From Convolutriloba macropyga (taxonomy: Eukaryota), in the NCBI RefSeq assembly GCF_964194025.1, contig NC_134468.1:78678001-78742000 (forward strand): a stretch of 64,000 nucleotides of DNA. The letters run 5' to 3'. The translations under genes and the position numbers were made by a program. The notes under the pieces were generated by a model that worked only from the letters and a program-made list of their open reading frames with translations, was not told where the DNA came from and did no database searches. This document shows, in pieces, positions 12,942-25,900 of the stretch (the first letter of the stretch is position 1; each line of letters begins with the position of its first letter).

Positions 12942-15900
12942 TTGTTCAGACCCCTCTTTAGGGGGAAGGAACTATATACTCAAATGGGTTTTTTTTGTTC
13001 AGTCAATTTTGGCCGATCGATATATTCATCGTAGAGAGTTGAGACTGGTATCATTAGAAAGCTTGTCCAGCGTAGAATAATAAATTAAATATATTTTTTT
13101 AATTTTCGTTTTTTACAGGGAGTTATCGAGGTTTAAATTTTGAGAAAATTGAGTGAATTCCGATGCGGTTTTTTCAAATTTTCTGGAATTTTTGTCTAAA
13201 ATTTCGCCAATTTTGCTGAAATTTTTAAATTTTTTTAAGAAGAGTTGTTAATTTTTGTTTGCAAAGACAGAAAAATTTACTGTAGGCTATTGTTATTAAT
13301 TTTTTTGTCAGTAATTCTGGCTACATTTTTCAAAATTAAGAATTTTTCATCAAAAACAGCACGAAATAAGTTTCTTCACACCAGGTTGATTAAATTTACA
13401 GAAAGTACAGACCCAAACACCACTAACACAATCTTTTTAGACTCAAAATGGACCTTTTTTACTTCAAATTCCGTTGAGAGTGGTCTTTAATAAAAACTTT
13501 TTTTATTTTGCTAAATTTTTTGGTCGATTATCAAAAACGCAGCATCTATTTTAGAGTTTTTAACTAACAAAACATCAATATCTAGTACATTCGAAAAATT
13601 GAGTGTTCCTAATTGACAACCATCATTAGCAGGGCTAGTTGTGGACCAATCTAGGACTGGTATAATCCAAAAATAATTTGGATTGTAATCAGTCGGTCTT
13701 TTTTATAAAAAAAATCGATCTTTTCTACATTAATTAAATAACAGAGCATTTTAAACCAAATCTCACTAATGGAAAGTCCAGTTGAATTCCTAAGTAGCTC
13801 CACATTGTTTTATCTAGTGATTACTTGAAAGCTTATGGTTGTTTTGGCTATTAAAATTATCTGATTTTTAAATAAATAATGACTTATTGAATTTTGCTTC
13901 TATTTTTATCTTAATTTGGTCAACTTGTAGCTTACTGTCAGCAATAAAAGAATGCTTCTTATTTCCATTGAAATCAAATTCAATCCTTATTGCGGTTTTA
14001 CGCCTTAGATTGTGGTTTTCTGGCTTTTATATTACTAAATTTCACATTTTAAAAAAAATTTAAGGTATTTTCCCATTTTTCACGTTTTCTAGTTTTGTCA
14101 CATTTTCACGTAAATGACAATTCGTATATCAATTTATTGGCTATCAAAATAAGGCACAATTTATAATATTAAATTCCTTGAAGATGCAGATTATGATTTC
14201 AACGGCTTCGACACTACTTTCTCGAAGAATTTATTTGAATTTTTTAAATTTTGTCTTTACTGTCCTTTTTACTTGGTCTTTGTAGTCGTATGAAAGTTCC
14301 AGTACGATTACCCGGTTTGATTGGATTTTCATGGAAGAATAGTTGATCCAATATTCCGATTTTAGTTTATAGCTGATGGCTTTCATGACCCTGAAAACAA
14401 TTGTTTTATAAGTTAAAAAAATAACACTTTTTAACTTCGCAATTTTGCTATTTTTGTTGTCGGTTTGTTATCTAGTCTCGTTAATTAAAAGCCAAATATG
14501 ACATTATTGTTGTCTAAGGAAGGTTTCAAGAGGGATTGGTGTCACACAATCTAAGGTTTTTAAAGAATTCGTTGACTTTACTGGCTTCGACACGAAAAAA
14601 GGTAAATTAATTTTTGATTTTTGTGATGTTTGACGTTCTGGGATGTAGACAAGAGACATGTTCTGGCTAAATTCAACGACTTCATTGGAAGAAAAAACGA
14701 ACCTACTTAATTATTTCTATTTGTAACTATTGGCGTTCATGTCTTTGGACATATTTTTTTCGAAAAAAAATTAAAGTGTTACTTATTTTTTGTACATTTT
14801 TTCTTTTTATCTACTTGCTACTTAGCTTCATTATTAAGAGGTTACATAATACATTATCGAATATTGCAGAAAGTGCAATCGAACGTATTTTGATGGCCAT
14901 AGTATGGCTTTACGGTTTCGAAAGCGTTTTCTGCCAAGTTTTAATTGATTTTTTGTTTGCTGTTTTCTTGTTGTTCTTTTTGTAACCGCATAAAAAATTG
15001 AAAACCGGCAACTCCTAATTCATTCTATAGAAGCACTGGTACACCCATGAGATATTTTAGTTGATTTCTAATGGTTTTCATTGCTTTGAGATTAATTGTT
15101 TTTTAAAAAATAAGCGAAATTTACAACTTTACTGTTTTTGTTCTTTATTGCATAATTGTTACCAAGCCTTTTTGTTGAGTAGTCCCATATCTTTTTTGTT
15201 GAATTAAAAGTTATTTTGTTTAATGTCAGTTTTATCTGACGCTATTTTGACTTTCTTATTAAAATTTGTTTTTTAAACGGACATATAATTTTTGGTGTAA
15301 TTAATTTTTGTTGTTGTTTGATTTTGTTGTTCGTCTTAACTCGCTTTCTTAATATTGGCGTATCTCAGCAATCTAGTGCACCATCATTCACTCCAGCACT
15401 GAGTTATTTGTTTTGGAGGCTATCTTTTCGTTCATACGCCACTTTTGAAAAAAAAACTTGAGTTTTTGGGTTTTTCTATGTTCCTCATTTGGTAGACAAT
15501 CATGCCAAAATTGTGGATGAGCGGGGTCGGAACCTTATGTGCAATTTGCACATTACCGAGTCGCCTTGTCATTCCTATGTTTGAATACATTTTCGTGAGC
15601 TAAACTTCTTTGTTAAGATGTGTTTTGCGGAATAGAGGGGGCGATGCGGATCAAATGGCTCTCCCAAATAGGCACAGAATCTGGCTTGACATGAGTCTTT
15701 GTGAGATCAATAAATTTAATGGAGTTTATTAGTTCCATTCATTGTTCCAACATTTTTGCAATCGGGGGAATATATAAGCGAGGTCGGTTTTATTCTCATT
15801 CAAGTTTTCATTTTTCGTTGTGGCGTTGTAGAGCGCTGAGAAAGCTTGTTTTGTAGCTATAAAAAGCTATGCTTTTGATTTTTTTTAAGAATTACCAATT

Positions 15901-16310
15901 TTAGTGAGGGACGAAAAAGGGAAATAAACAAATAAATGCATGGAAAAGAAAATTTGAAAATCTCTATTGGGGTGGATGGGGGTCGATTGAGAGCAGGCAT
16001 TTTAGCTTTTTTTTAAATTTATTTCAAAATGATTTATAATATGTTATACAAATTTGGTAATAAAGAAATGTAAGCGATTATTTCATTGAAACTTTGTAAT
16101 CGAGAAGAATTTAGAATTCCTTTTTATTAATTCTATTATGAAAAACTTTCATGGGCCCTCTAGCGTGGCATTATTGTATTCCATTGGTTGTTTATTGAAC
16201 GATATGTATGTTTTTAATCTCTTCATCATTTGGTAGCCAATTAAGTCAAGATTGTGGATGAGCGGGGTCGGAACATCATGTGCGTACGCACATTACCCAG
16301 CCTCCTTGTT
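12942..16310 (+). mobile_element. Helentron-type non-autonomous element (HINE) H1 with two successive 3' ends (~15570 and 16310)
   Basis: 5' TTGTTCAGACCC; 3' GGGTCGGAACA + hairpin ATGTGCGTACGCACAT + CCTCCTTGTT; T-rich interior; 5' ~190 bp matches the reverse complement of 44320-44510. Confidence 0.75.
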
Positions 16311-17549
16311 CAGCTTTAAATTTAAACCAAACAAATAAAGAAAACTGAAAGCAAAAAAATGCACGATAAAATAACTAAAGTTTTGATTGGGAAACCTTTG
16401 AGTTAAGATGCTCATATGTTGGATGTCTGTAACCAAGAATTTATCAGCTGAATGATTAAATTCCTACAATATTGCATGTGAGTTCCGGTCAAGCTTCGCT
16501 TTCTATGGTTCTTTTTTGCGATATCATTTTAAATCCGTAACGTAGAAAAGAAAGTTGGGTATTTGAAGCAATTAATTGGAAAAAACTTTTTTAAGCGCAA
16601 ACTGAAGCTCTAAAAAAAACGCTAAATCAACAGCGTGCATGGTTTCTGATCTCTTTTAACGTTATGTATATCGAATTTTATAGGAAAAAAATCTACCGGT
16701 TTTTTTCTGGTCGAGCTCAAATTTATTTAAATGTCGACCTGTGATTTGTACGCAGAAACATAATGCATTATTCACGCCCAGCTCATGTTTTTTTTTGAGA
16801 ACTGGCAAGTTGAAATCAAAAACCTAAATTTTCCACCAAAAAATTGCTAGAAGAATTTTTTTTGTTCATTGAATGGAGAGTTTGTAGCAATTTGCAAAAA
16901 GAATAGCTTCTAAGAAATAACACATTGAAAAATTAACTATTTGATTTTGCAATTTTTGGCAAATAAAAACATGTAAGACGACGTATTGTCTGATAACAAT
17001 TTGTAATAATCATACAAGATCTTTAAAGATAATCATCCGTACTCATTCAGGGTTAAGTTTTACCCCTGCATCAAACCCTACAAACCTCCCACTTTCAAAC
17101 GTTTCAAATATCAAACAAAATTTATAATGGAAATCAGTTTTAGGGCAAAATTTGTGTTTTATTTTTCTGTGTTTTCTCACAATAATGTATTAGTTCTCTG
17201 AATTGGTAGCAGAATCAAAATCTTTACTAGAACCAATTAACTTAGGTTCCAAAGATATTTTTTGTTCCAATACGTTCGAAAACTTTTTTTGAGCGGGCAA
17301 TTAAAGCCAATCAAAACACCAGCAATTAAAGCTAATCGTCGGCCACTTTAACGGTTTAAAATAAACCCATTTAGTCATGCACACTCTTCTCTTCTGATGT
17401 TCAGTTACAAACCAAGAGCACTAAATTCAACCAAATTTACGTTAGAGAGCAACTCAAATCATAAGCGCATCTTTCTTTCTGTCTATGTGCAACCTGCCAT
17501 TTTTTGCGTTTAAATTTGACCATTTCTGGAGAGGGCAGATTTATGTCTT

Positions 17550-18951
17550 CCCGGGTCAAAATTTTGTCGAAAAAATTATGCAAGAATTGCGGTAAATAGC
17601 GGTGAAGAAAATGTTTTCACCAAGAAAGCGCCAGCTCCTTTTAGCTGTGAATGCGGTGAAAGCGGTAAAACTTTGTAAGATTAGCGGTGAATTTTTGTAA
17701 GGTTTGCGGTTTGTAGTGGTTTCACCGCATTCACTAGAATTCAAACAAAAAAGGAGCTGCCGTGCACGGCTTCGAAACTCGCACCTCCTGCATGTCAACA
17801 ACTTCTTATTTTTTCCGCCATCTGTCATGTACTTCTATATTTCTTGTGAATTTAAATCAGATTCAATAATCGTTATGGAAAACAAATGCGTTGAAAGTTT
17901 TTCAGATTCACGGATTTTAGCGGTAAAATAATTCAACGCTACCAACGGAAACCGGTGAAAAAACAAAATCTCGCCGCTAAAAACCACAAAGCTGCCGAAT
18001 AATCATCGCAAAAAAATTACAATGATTTTCAGCAGTAAACTGTCTTGAGATGTTTTGTTTTTGGGCTGAGTAATTTTCTCGCCATTTTTACAGATGGAAA
18101 ACTTTTTTTTCTAGAGAAACTACTTCAAAAATAATTTATATTTTAGGGGATCATAGGGGATCTCTGATTTTTCTTATGACAATAATGTATTAGTTCTCTC
18201 AATGTTTTCTCACAATAATGTATTAGTTCTCTCACAATGTTTGTATCAAAATCTTTATTAGAACCAATTAACTTAGGTTCCAAAGATATTTTTTGTTCCA
18301 AACGTTCGAAAACTTTTTTTTGTGCTTGACATACATAGGGGATCTCTGAATATGAGTTTGATTTGATTGTGGTACCTCTTTTCCGGTAAAATTACACTAT
18401 ATTGAAAAATTTTATTCGCTTGTATGCAACTAAATACGGACGAATGTCTATCTTTTCTATAGAATTTTTTTGAGTTTAATTTTATTTGAGCTTTGATCTC
18501 ATTTGGCGTAGAAGTTATAACGAAATACCCTTTTGTGAATTAAATACGTTGTTTTACTAAAGGTATTCTGTGAAAAGCTAGAAGCCTTCAACGCATTTTC
18601 CTCAACTATCACATGGTTTCAATTAATTTTGCCTCAATATAAACTTGTGCTCACTTAATGGTTAAATTTTTTCAAGTTTGCGATAATTCGCTGTGGATTA
18701 TTTTTGTCACCACTTTCAACGCATCCACCGCTAATCTTCCATCTTTTTTGCAACATTTTCTGCGGTGAAGATATTCGGTAAATTAAGCGGGGATTTTTTA
18801 AAGATTTGCAATTCTTAGCAGTGAAATCTTTTTTTTTCCACCATATTCACCGCATTCAACGATAACAATCGCAACTCTTACTTCTTTTCACAGAATTCAC
18901 CACAAATATTACATTTTTTGGCGCCTTTTAGCGTTGACAACTCGAACCGGT
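17550..18951. mobile_element. CACTA/CMC-like MITE, GCGGTGAA subfamily, older copy
   Basis: CCCGGGTCAA... to ...CTCGAACCGG; oriented GCGGTGAA/TTCACCGC repeats; degenerate tRNA-like cassette 17750-17805. Confidence 0.65.
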
Positions 18952-20182
18952 CTCCGGGCTCCTAAGTTTTGAGATAACACTCAAGAAATGTTGTAGGATC
19001 TGTTTGGAGTTGGGTGTTTTATTTGCATTCGGTGGAATGTTCAAGAAAATATGGGATGGTTCAACGCTTCCTATCGGCTAAATATTGCTTTGCCTTTTCA
19101 CAGAGTGAAAAAAAGAGTCTACTTGTTTTTTGTTCACTTTCACTTGTTTCCAAACACGTAAACCCCTTTCAACTCAACCACCTGTCATTTTATGACCTTC
19201 GAAATGGATTAAATAATTCTTTTTGGGCTATTTTGTTTATTTACTTCGGCAATTTATTATCATGAAAAAAGGTAAACTTTTGTGAATATTGAATAAACTA
19301 CGGATGTAAAGCCTTGTATATTATTAGGATGAATAAGTCATTACTTATCATTGTTGGGGAGCTCTTTCCGCTCGTAGAAAGAAAAAGGAGCTATAGACAT
19401 GAAATATTCATGTAATTAAAACACCGCGCAACCAAATTTTCCACACTTTTTCGATTGCTTTATTGTAGTTTTGACCTGTTTTACAAATTTGACTTTTATT
19501 GTAATTGCTGAAGGTTTTATGTGTTAGTTACGTTTTGCTGTTGATAAAAGTTTGAAACTCATTTTTAGTTGACTTCTTTTTTCTTTCCCTTGTCCTTCCG
19601 TAATTTTGATGACAGAGTTTAATTAAAACCCAGCAAAGAGCCTTTTCTGTCTCTAAAAAACAAAGTACAATTCAGGTTTGTAAAACATACTTTTTATATT
19701 TTTATTGAGTGACTAAAAAACTCTTGAATTTTATTTTGAAACCCACTCTGCCTCTACAATAAACAGAATTATTTTCACTATTATCGACCTCAAATTAGTA
19801 CACACCAGTTTACCAGTACCGTTTTTCACCGATTTCTAAATAGTAGGTTACTAATTGCATTTCATTGAAAATAAATTATCTGCTCACAACAGCATAATGT
19901 CCAATTTCCAAATTCATTTCTAAGAAAGAAAATGCATTATTATGCAAAACACAATACTTAGAAAACAGCTTTTTAAATTCAGCTAGTGCAATCTGGAAAA
20001 TGTTTATTAACCAAGAGAGTTATTTCTCTCATAATGCGACGTTTACTGTTTCAAGAAATGTCCAAAAAGACATTTCACTACTTTGAAAAAAAAAAGTTTT
20101 ATACGGGAAAGCATACGGAAATTTTAGCAGCCTTAACTCAGCATACTGGAAAGCTTCATGAGATATTTCTAAGCTTCATTAG

Positions 20183-23109
20183 AACAAGGAGGCTCGGTAA
20201 TGTGCGTACGCACATAATGTCCCGACCCCGCTCGTCCACATTCTTGACTTAATTGGCTCCCAAATGATGAAGAGATAGAAAACTTTCAAAACATACATAT
20301 CGTTCAATAAACAACCAATGGAAAACAATAACGCCACGCTAGAGGAACGATGAAGATTTTGATAAAAGCACTGCTAGAAAGGAAAAAAATGAAAATCAAA
20401 CAAAAAACATTATTATTGAACAAAACTCGATGTCTATAATAAAAAAAATCATTACAAAATCAAGCTCGCATTAGATAAAACCTAAACAAAACAATTTAAT
20501 CCATGCTTTAGAAACGGGTTGTGTGCTCAATGCGACCGGTTAACAGGTCGACAGAAAAAGATCAAAGAGGTGCGAAGTTCAAAAATTAGTTCATATTTTT
20601 GAAAACATTCACTTTCACAGTTATTAATGTTAACAAAGATCAACAGAAATCATCAAAATGTTCATTTATATCTCCATAAGATGCAACTGAGACATTTCAT
20701 TATCCAATGTTCAATTGTGCAGAACTTCGAAGCCAATGCAATCTACGATTAGTGTTATAATTGAAAAGGAAAATAAAAATCCGTTAAAATGTAGAAATAT
20801 ATGAACTCTCCAACATTTTATAAAATCTCGTAGTAACAATAGTAACAGAGCCGAGAAAAAAATGTTCGAAGCTGAAAACGTAGAAAAAATTAAAGTAGAG
20901 CTCACTGGAAATGGTTTGTGACCTGTGTTTACAGAGACTGAGCTACAAATCGGCCAAAACTAATTAACAAAATGACGAAGCTCCAAAACCCAAAAATAAT
21001 GTTGAAAACAAACTGTTTCAAAAATCAGAACACACCTAAAATTTCAACAAAAAGCGATGATTCAAAATCCAAAACCTCAGGAAGACAATTGGGAATGTTA
21101 ATAATGAGACTAAATAACCACACTAAAAATAACAACAAATATAGGCAGAAGCCAAAACTTCACAAACAATTTCACGACAACACAGTGTTCAAAGCACTAT
21201 ATTTAAGAGTTAAGAGACATTATCTACAAGAACTGTAAATCATTAATTTCTCCTCGTGTTGACCTCAACGAGGCTTCCTTATAAAAGGACTACGTAGACA
21301 TGATAACAAAAAGAAACCCAAAAATTGTACAGCATAGAAATCTCGAAAACTTTTTACGAAACTAAATAGTCCAAGCCATCAGTCACAATATTTAACCAAG
21401 CGAGAAAAACCGTTTAAGTCAACAAAAGTAGTTGAGTCCTCTGAATAGTGAGACTGCGTTACATGGTGACGAAAGTGTGAGCAAAAAGAGACAGTTGAAA
21501 AAAGGTTCTTTTTTAATTTAATTTTAAAGTCATTAAAACAAACAGCTATAAACTGAAATCTTTAAATAGTTTGAGCTATATATCCGGGAGAAGCAGTTGA
21601 GACCTATCGTTGTCAGGTATATGGCGTAGAACAACGAAAAGAAAAACAAACATTGGCAAAACTAAAAAAAACTTTGAAGTTATGCGAGATAACTGTGTCT
21701 CAGCCCAAAAAGCAGAAACTATTCAACAAAAAGAGCTAACATACCCAGATACGGCTTTTTCCAACATGGAGTTTCTTTGCTACTATCCTTTTCTTCAATT
21801 GTGTTTGCTATGCTAATAATGTGATATTTCGACAAAGAAACAAATTAAACTCATGAAACTATGCAACTTTACTCAATACAAAAAAAATGAAAACTCTTAG
21901 AATCTAAACAAAGAACACATTAGTTGAACATAAAACCGTTACCAACTTTATTTCATAACTCAAAGGAAATCAGTATCCGCCTGTTTTTATTGAGACTGCG
22001 CTCGAATCTAGGAAAAAAGAGATCAAATTTTGGCAAATTAAAAAAATTCGCCAAATCTTTCTTAAAAAAACAATTTTCGAATTCATAACAGACCTTAGAT
22101 AGATTCTTTTATACCTCCTAAAAAGATGAGTGGATCGTTGATAGGGACATTAATTTATTGGCCTACAAGTACAACAAATGAAAGTAAAACTCAAGAGCTC
22201 CAATAAAAAATTACGAAAACAATTGGTCAGAGCCATAAAAACCATGAGCTTAACTCTGAAACCATGATAAAATCTCGTTGGGCTTAGTTTATTGCAAATA
22301 GTTTGTGCCAGTAATTGAGCCCTGATTTAAAATTGTTATCAGTGAATTACATAAAGAACATTAACATAGCGGAAAAATTTTGAAAAAGTTTCTAGAAAAA
22401 AAATCCCAATAAAATCTAGTAATTTTTTCATCGTGAGGATCCATGATGAGATCAAGATCAGCACAAGTTATGCTGCGCGTCTAACAAAACATTCAATTGT
22501 TCAATTGGTGTACAAATTGATCAACTTTAATTAAAATTTTCAGTTTGTCAAAAGTAATTAATCCGTTTTGTAAAATTATAGAGTTTAATTTTGCAAAAAA
22601 CTGGCGAAGTTATAGTTCCAGATTCCAGAAGACTCTTAAAGCCAGCGGGAGCACAATTAACTCTTTTTTGAGCATAAGAAAAAAATGGCCTTGGTCTTAA
22701 CGTCTTTACTTCTAGAAAATTTAAAGCAAGTGGGCTAAAAAAAAGCAAATTTGGTCCCACTTTTGATGAAAAAATCTGAATTTTAAAAAAAATTAGCACA
22801 AAGTCGAGCCAAAACACTCAGATTGAACAATTCATAAGCCCTCCTCTATCTTTAGAGATCAATTTAGAGATAAAATCAAAAACAATATGGTTAACAATTT
22901 CTAGCATATTTTAGAAAAATTGACGAAAATTTGGTCAAAAATACCGAAAATGTGAATTACAGCGTCTAATATTCACAAAACTTCGATAACTCCCTGTAAA
23001 ATCAAAAATTGGAAAAATCTTTTCAGTTCCATATTCTACGCTGGACGGGCTTTCCTATGATACAACACACAACTCTCTATGATGATTAACTGAAGTGGGT
23101 CGGAACAAA
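20183..23109 (-). mobile_element. HINE H2
   Basis: 20183-20345 is a near-identical reverse complement of 16156-16310; 5' subTIR GGGTCGGAACA ends at 23107; A-rich interior. Confidence 0.75.
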
Positions 23110-23565
23110 CAACATCGAGTGAAATACAATTAGAATCAACTAAGCTGATTTGTTTTCATTTTGTATCGTCAAATTTTATGAACTGTTAAATACACCTTCG
23201 TTCGTACTCCTGCTAAATATCTGTTGGAATAGACTTCATAAGTTTTTTCCAAGGCTTAGTTTTCGAGAACTAAGGCGCTTTACATGGCCTTAGTTTTAAT
23301 AAACGGTGACAAAAATTTGTTGAATTTGGCAATTGATTGGGTAAAGTAATCAATTTCCAAAAAATTTAATAAAAACCAAACAAAATTAACAAAAAAGAGA
23401 TTGCTCTCTCGATACTTGATTTAAAACCTTCAATAACAATTATTTGGTACAATTATTTTCCTAAGAGCTACTGCAATTTGTAATTTTAATCCGCATCAAA
23501 GGGGATTGACCGCTACTGCTTTTAGCACAAAAAGTGCTTCAACGTATAAAAAAAAATTGGGAATA

Positions 23566-23837
23566 CTCTGGTCGAGAAATTTTTTGAAAATTATGCAAGA
23601 AAAGCGCTGAAATGCGCTGATTTTTCTAAAAATTCGGCGCAAAAACCTTACATAATAATGCGCTGAAGTGTGCTGAAATGCGCTGAAACTTTGCAAGAAA
23701 TAAGCTTAATTTTCAGCGCATTTCTTGCAAAGTTTCAGCGCATTTCAGCACACTTCAGCGCATTATTATTATGTAAGGTTTTTGCGCTGAATTTTCAGAA
23801 ATTTCAGCGCATTTCAGCGCATTTCTTACAAAGTTTC
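23566..23837. repeat. Fold-back derivative of the GCGCTGAA-subfamily MITE left end
   Basis: CTCTGGTCGAG start; ~110-bp inverted arms (about 23591-23701 and 23720-23837). Confidence 0.75.
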
Positions 23838-24494
23838 ATATGAGGGGAACCGTATGGGTGAAGAATAGATAGATCAGTGAATATTAAATTGATATTTTAG
23901 AGTGTAGATTTGGAAAAAATATACCCTCTACTTCCAATTTCCCAAGCAACGACAAGTTCAAAACTGTTTTATTTCAAACTTTTCTCAAAAACGCCTGATT
24001 TTCTATCTTTGGACAAAAAGTTTTCCGTGAACTTTTAAAGAAACAGTATAAAAAGTTAAACATTTTCCATTTAAATTTTCTGTATACTTAAACCGAATGT
24101 GTTTTTTAAATACAAAAATCCGGGCCGAACAGTCTAAAAGTCTTTGAGATGATCTACTTGACTATATGTTGTGAAACTCAATATTTGACAAAAAAACAAA
24201 TAAAACAAATTTTTTGTTTCATATAAAAATCAACAGTTTGAAAACAGCTTGAGTTCGAACGCGCAAACAGTTGCTTCAATCATCATAACATGAAGGAATT
24301 AGACCAATTTAACGCAAACTATCGATGATTTTCCTAAGAGAGTAAGAAAATAGGAAAAAAACTCAGCTTTTTGAGAACATAGTTGGTCTCACTATCCCCC
24401 ATAATCTGTACAACTTTCGGTCTTAACTTTTCACTTGCTAGGCGGTAGATGTTGCTAAACATCATTTTTGTCCTCGATAAATTTGAGAGCTGAG

Positions 24495-25217
24495 AGAATA
24501 AAATTAAATCTGAGTTTTTCAATTACTATAGCAGGGTACCTTAGCTCATTTAATTTTTAATAAGCCTGTATTTTCATTTGAGCGTAGTTAGGGCACGTTG
24601 TTGTCAACATATAAAATCGTTGAATAAAAATGTGGATAATGGTGACATCAAGCAGTGAAATAAATGCTACAATAATTAACGATGACTATTATCAAATGTT
24701 GCATAGGGCGAGGAATTTTTCTTAAAATATTTCATGCTTATCAAATTTGTCATAAAACTAACAGATATTCCGAGTGTTTTGAATTCGTTTTCCTAACTAT
24801 CATGCGCGCATAACCCTGCAACTCCAATCTTGCCGTTGAACAATCATTGAAATATCACTGAATTTAATTGAGAAGTCTTAATTTTTTGTAACGATTATTT
24901 CAATATTTTCAAAAAAATATAGTTATTTTTTGTCTCAATAAACCAAGGTTGGGCATGTCTAATTGTATGTTTCAAATGTTCGAATTTCATGACCTTCTGA
25001 AACTTGATTTCAAAATGATTTTCAAAAATTAGTTTCTTAAATTGAGTCTACAATAATTTTTTGAATTGTCTATTATAATATCTTTGCATGTGTTTTTGAA
25101 AAAGCGCGTCACTAGATGATCAAATGAAAAGTCATCAAAGAGACACAATGAATAAAAATTAATTGCGTTAGGCTACCTCGCTATAGTAATCGCAAAACTC
25201 AGATTTAATTTTATTCT
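24495..25217. mobile_element. MITE with ~65-bp TIRs
   Basis: AGAATAAAATTAAATCTGAGTTTT..ATTACTATAGC at 24495, reverse complement at 25152-25217; no clear TSD. Confidence 0.65.
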
Positions 25218-25329
25218 ACTAAATAAATTAGATTAGAATTTAATCCCAATTTTATAATCTCCCGAGCGCCTTCACCTAAAAAATTTTTTGTTACAGTATC
25301 TTAAAATTTTGTTTTTAAGAACCATTAAT

Positions 25330-25900
25330 TGACGTAGATGGAAAGAAGCTTAAGCAGTTGAACCCAAAAGTATGTCTTTGAAGATATTAGATCAGATTGG
25401 ATAACATTGACAAAAGACGTTCCAAAGTGAATGATATTAGGTTATCTGCCGTTAAGTGAACGATCTGGCAGCCATTGTACCAAGCGACTGTTTATGTATT
25501 CATTAAACCGATATGCGTTTTTTACATCAGACGCAAACGGAAACCTGTCAAATGATCGTCTAGAAAAAGAATTTCAAAGACATTCTTCGACACTTCTTTT
25601 CCGACATCAATATAGGCCTAGTGAAGCATTTCGTATCGAACATAGTTACTGTATTATATGTTTATTAACTGATAACTGTACAATGAACAAACATATAATA
25701 CAAAATGCTCGATTCAATGATTTGGAAAAGAAAGTGTCATAATCACTTAATTTGAGAAATTTGAAGTTAACAAATGTAGAATCATTGTTACATCTTCAAA
25801 TGTAAGATCATTGAAGAAGTAATGAAATTACTACCTTTAGTAATATGAGGTCGGACACACAATTCCGCACTTTTTGTGGAAGCACTTTCACCAACTACAA
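25330..25900 (+). pseudogene. Highly decayed non-LTR (RTE-like) LINE 3' RT fragment
   Basis: DGKKLKQ...RLEKEFQRHSSTLLFRHQY resembles the post-RT RLE.F.QR.LR.IL region of RTE LINEs; many stops. Confidence 0.35.
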
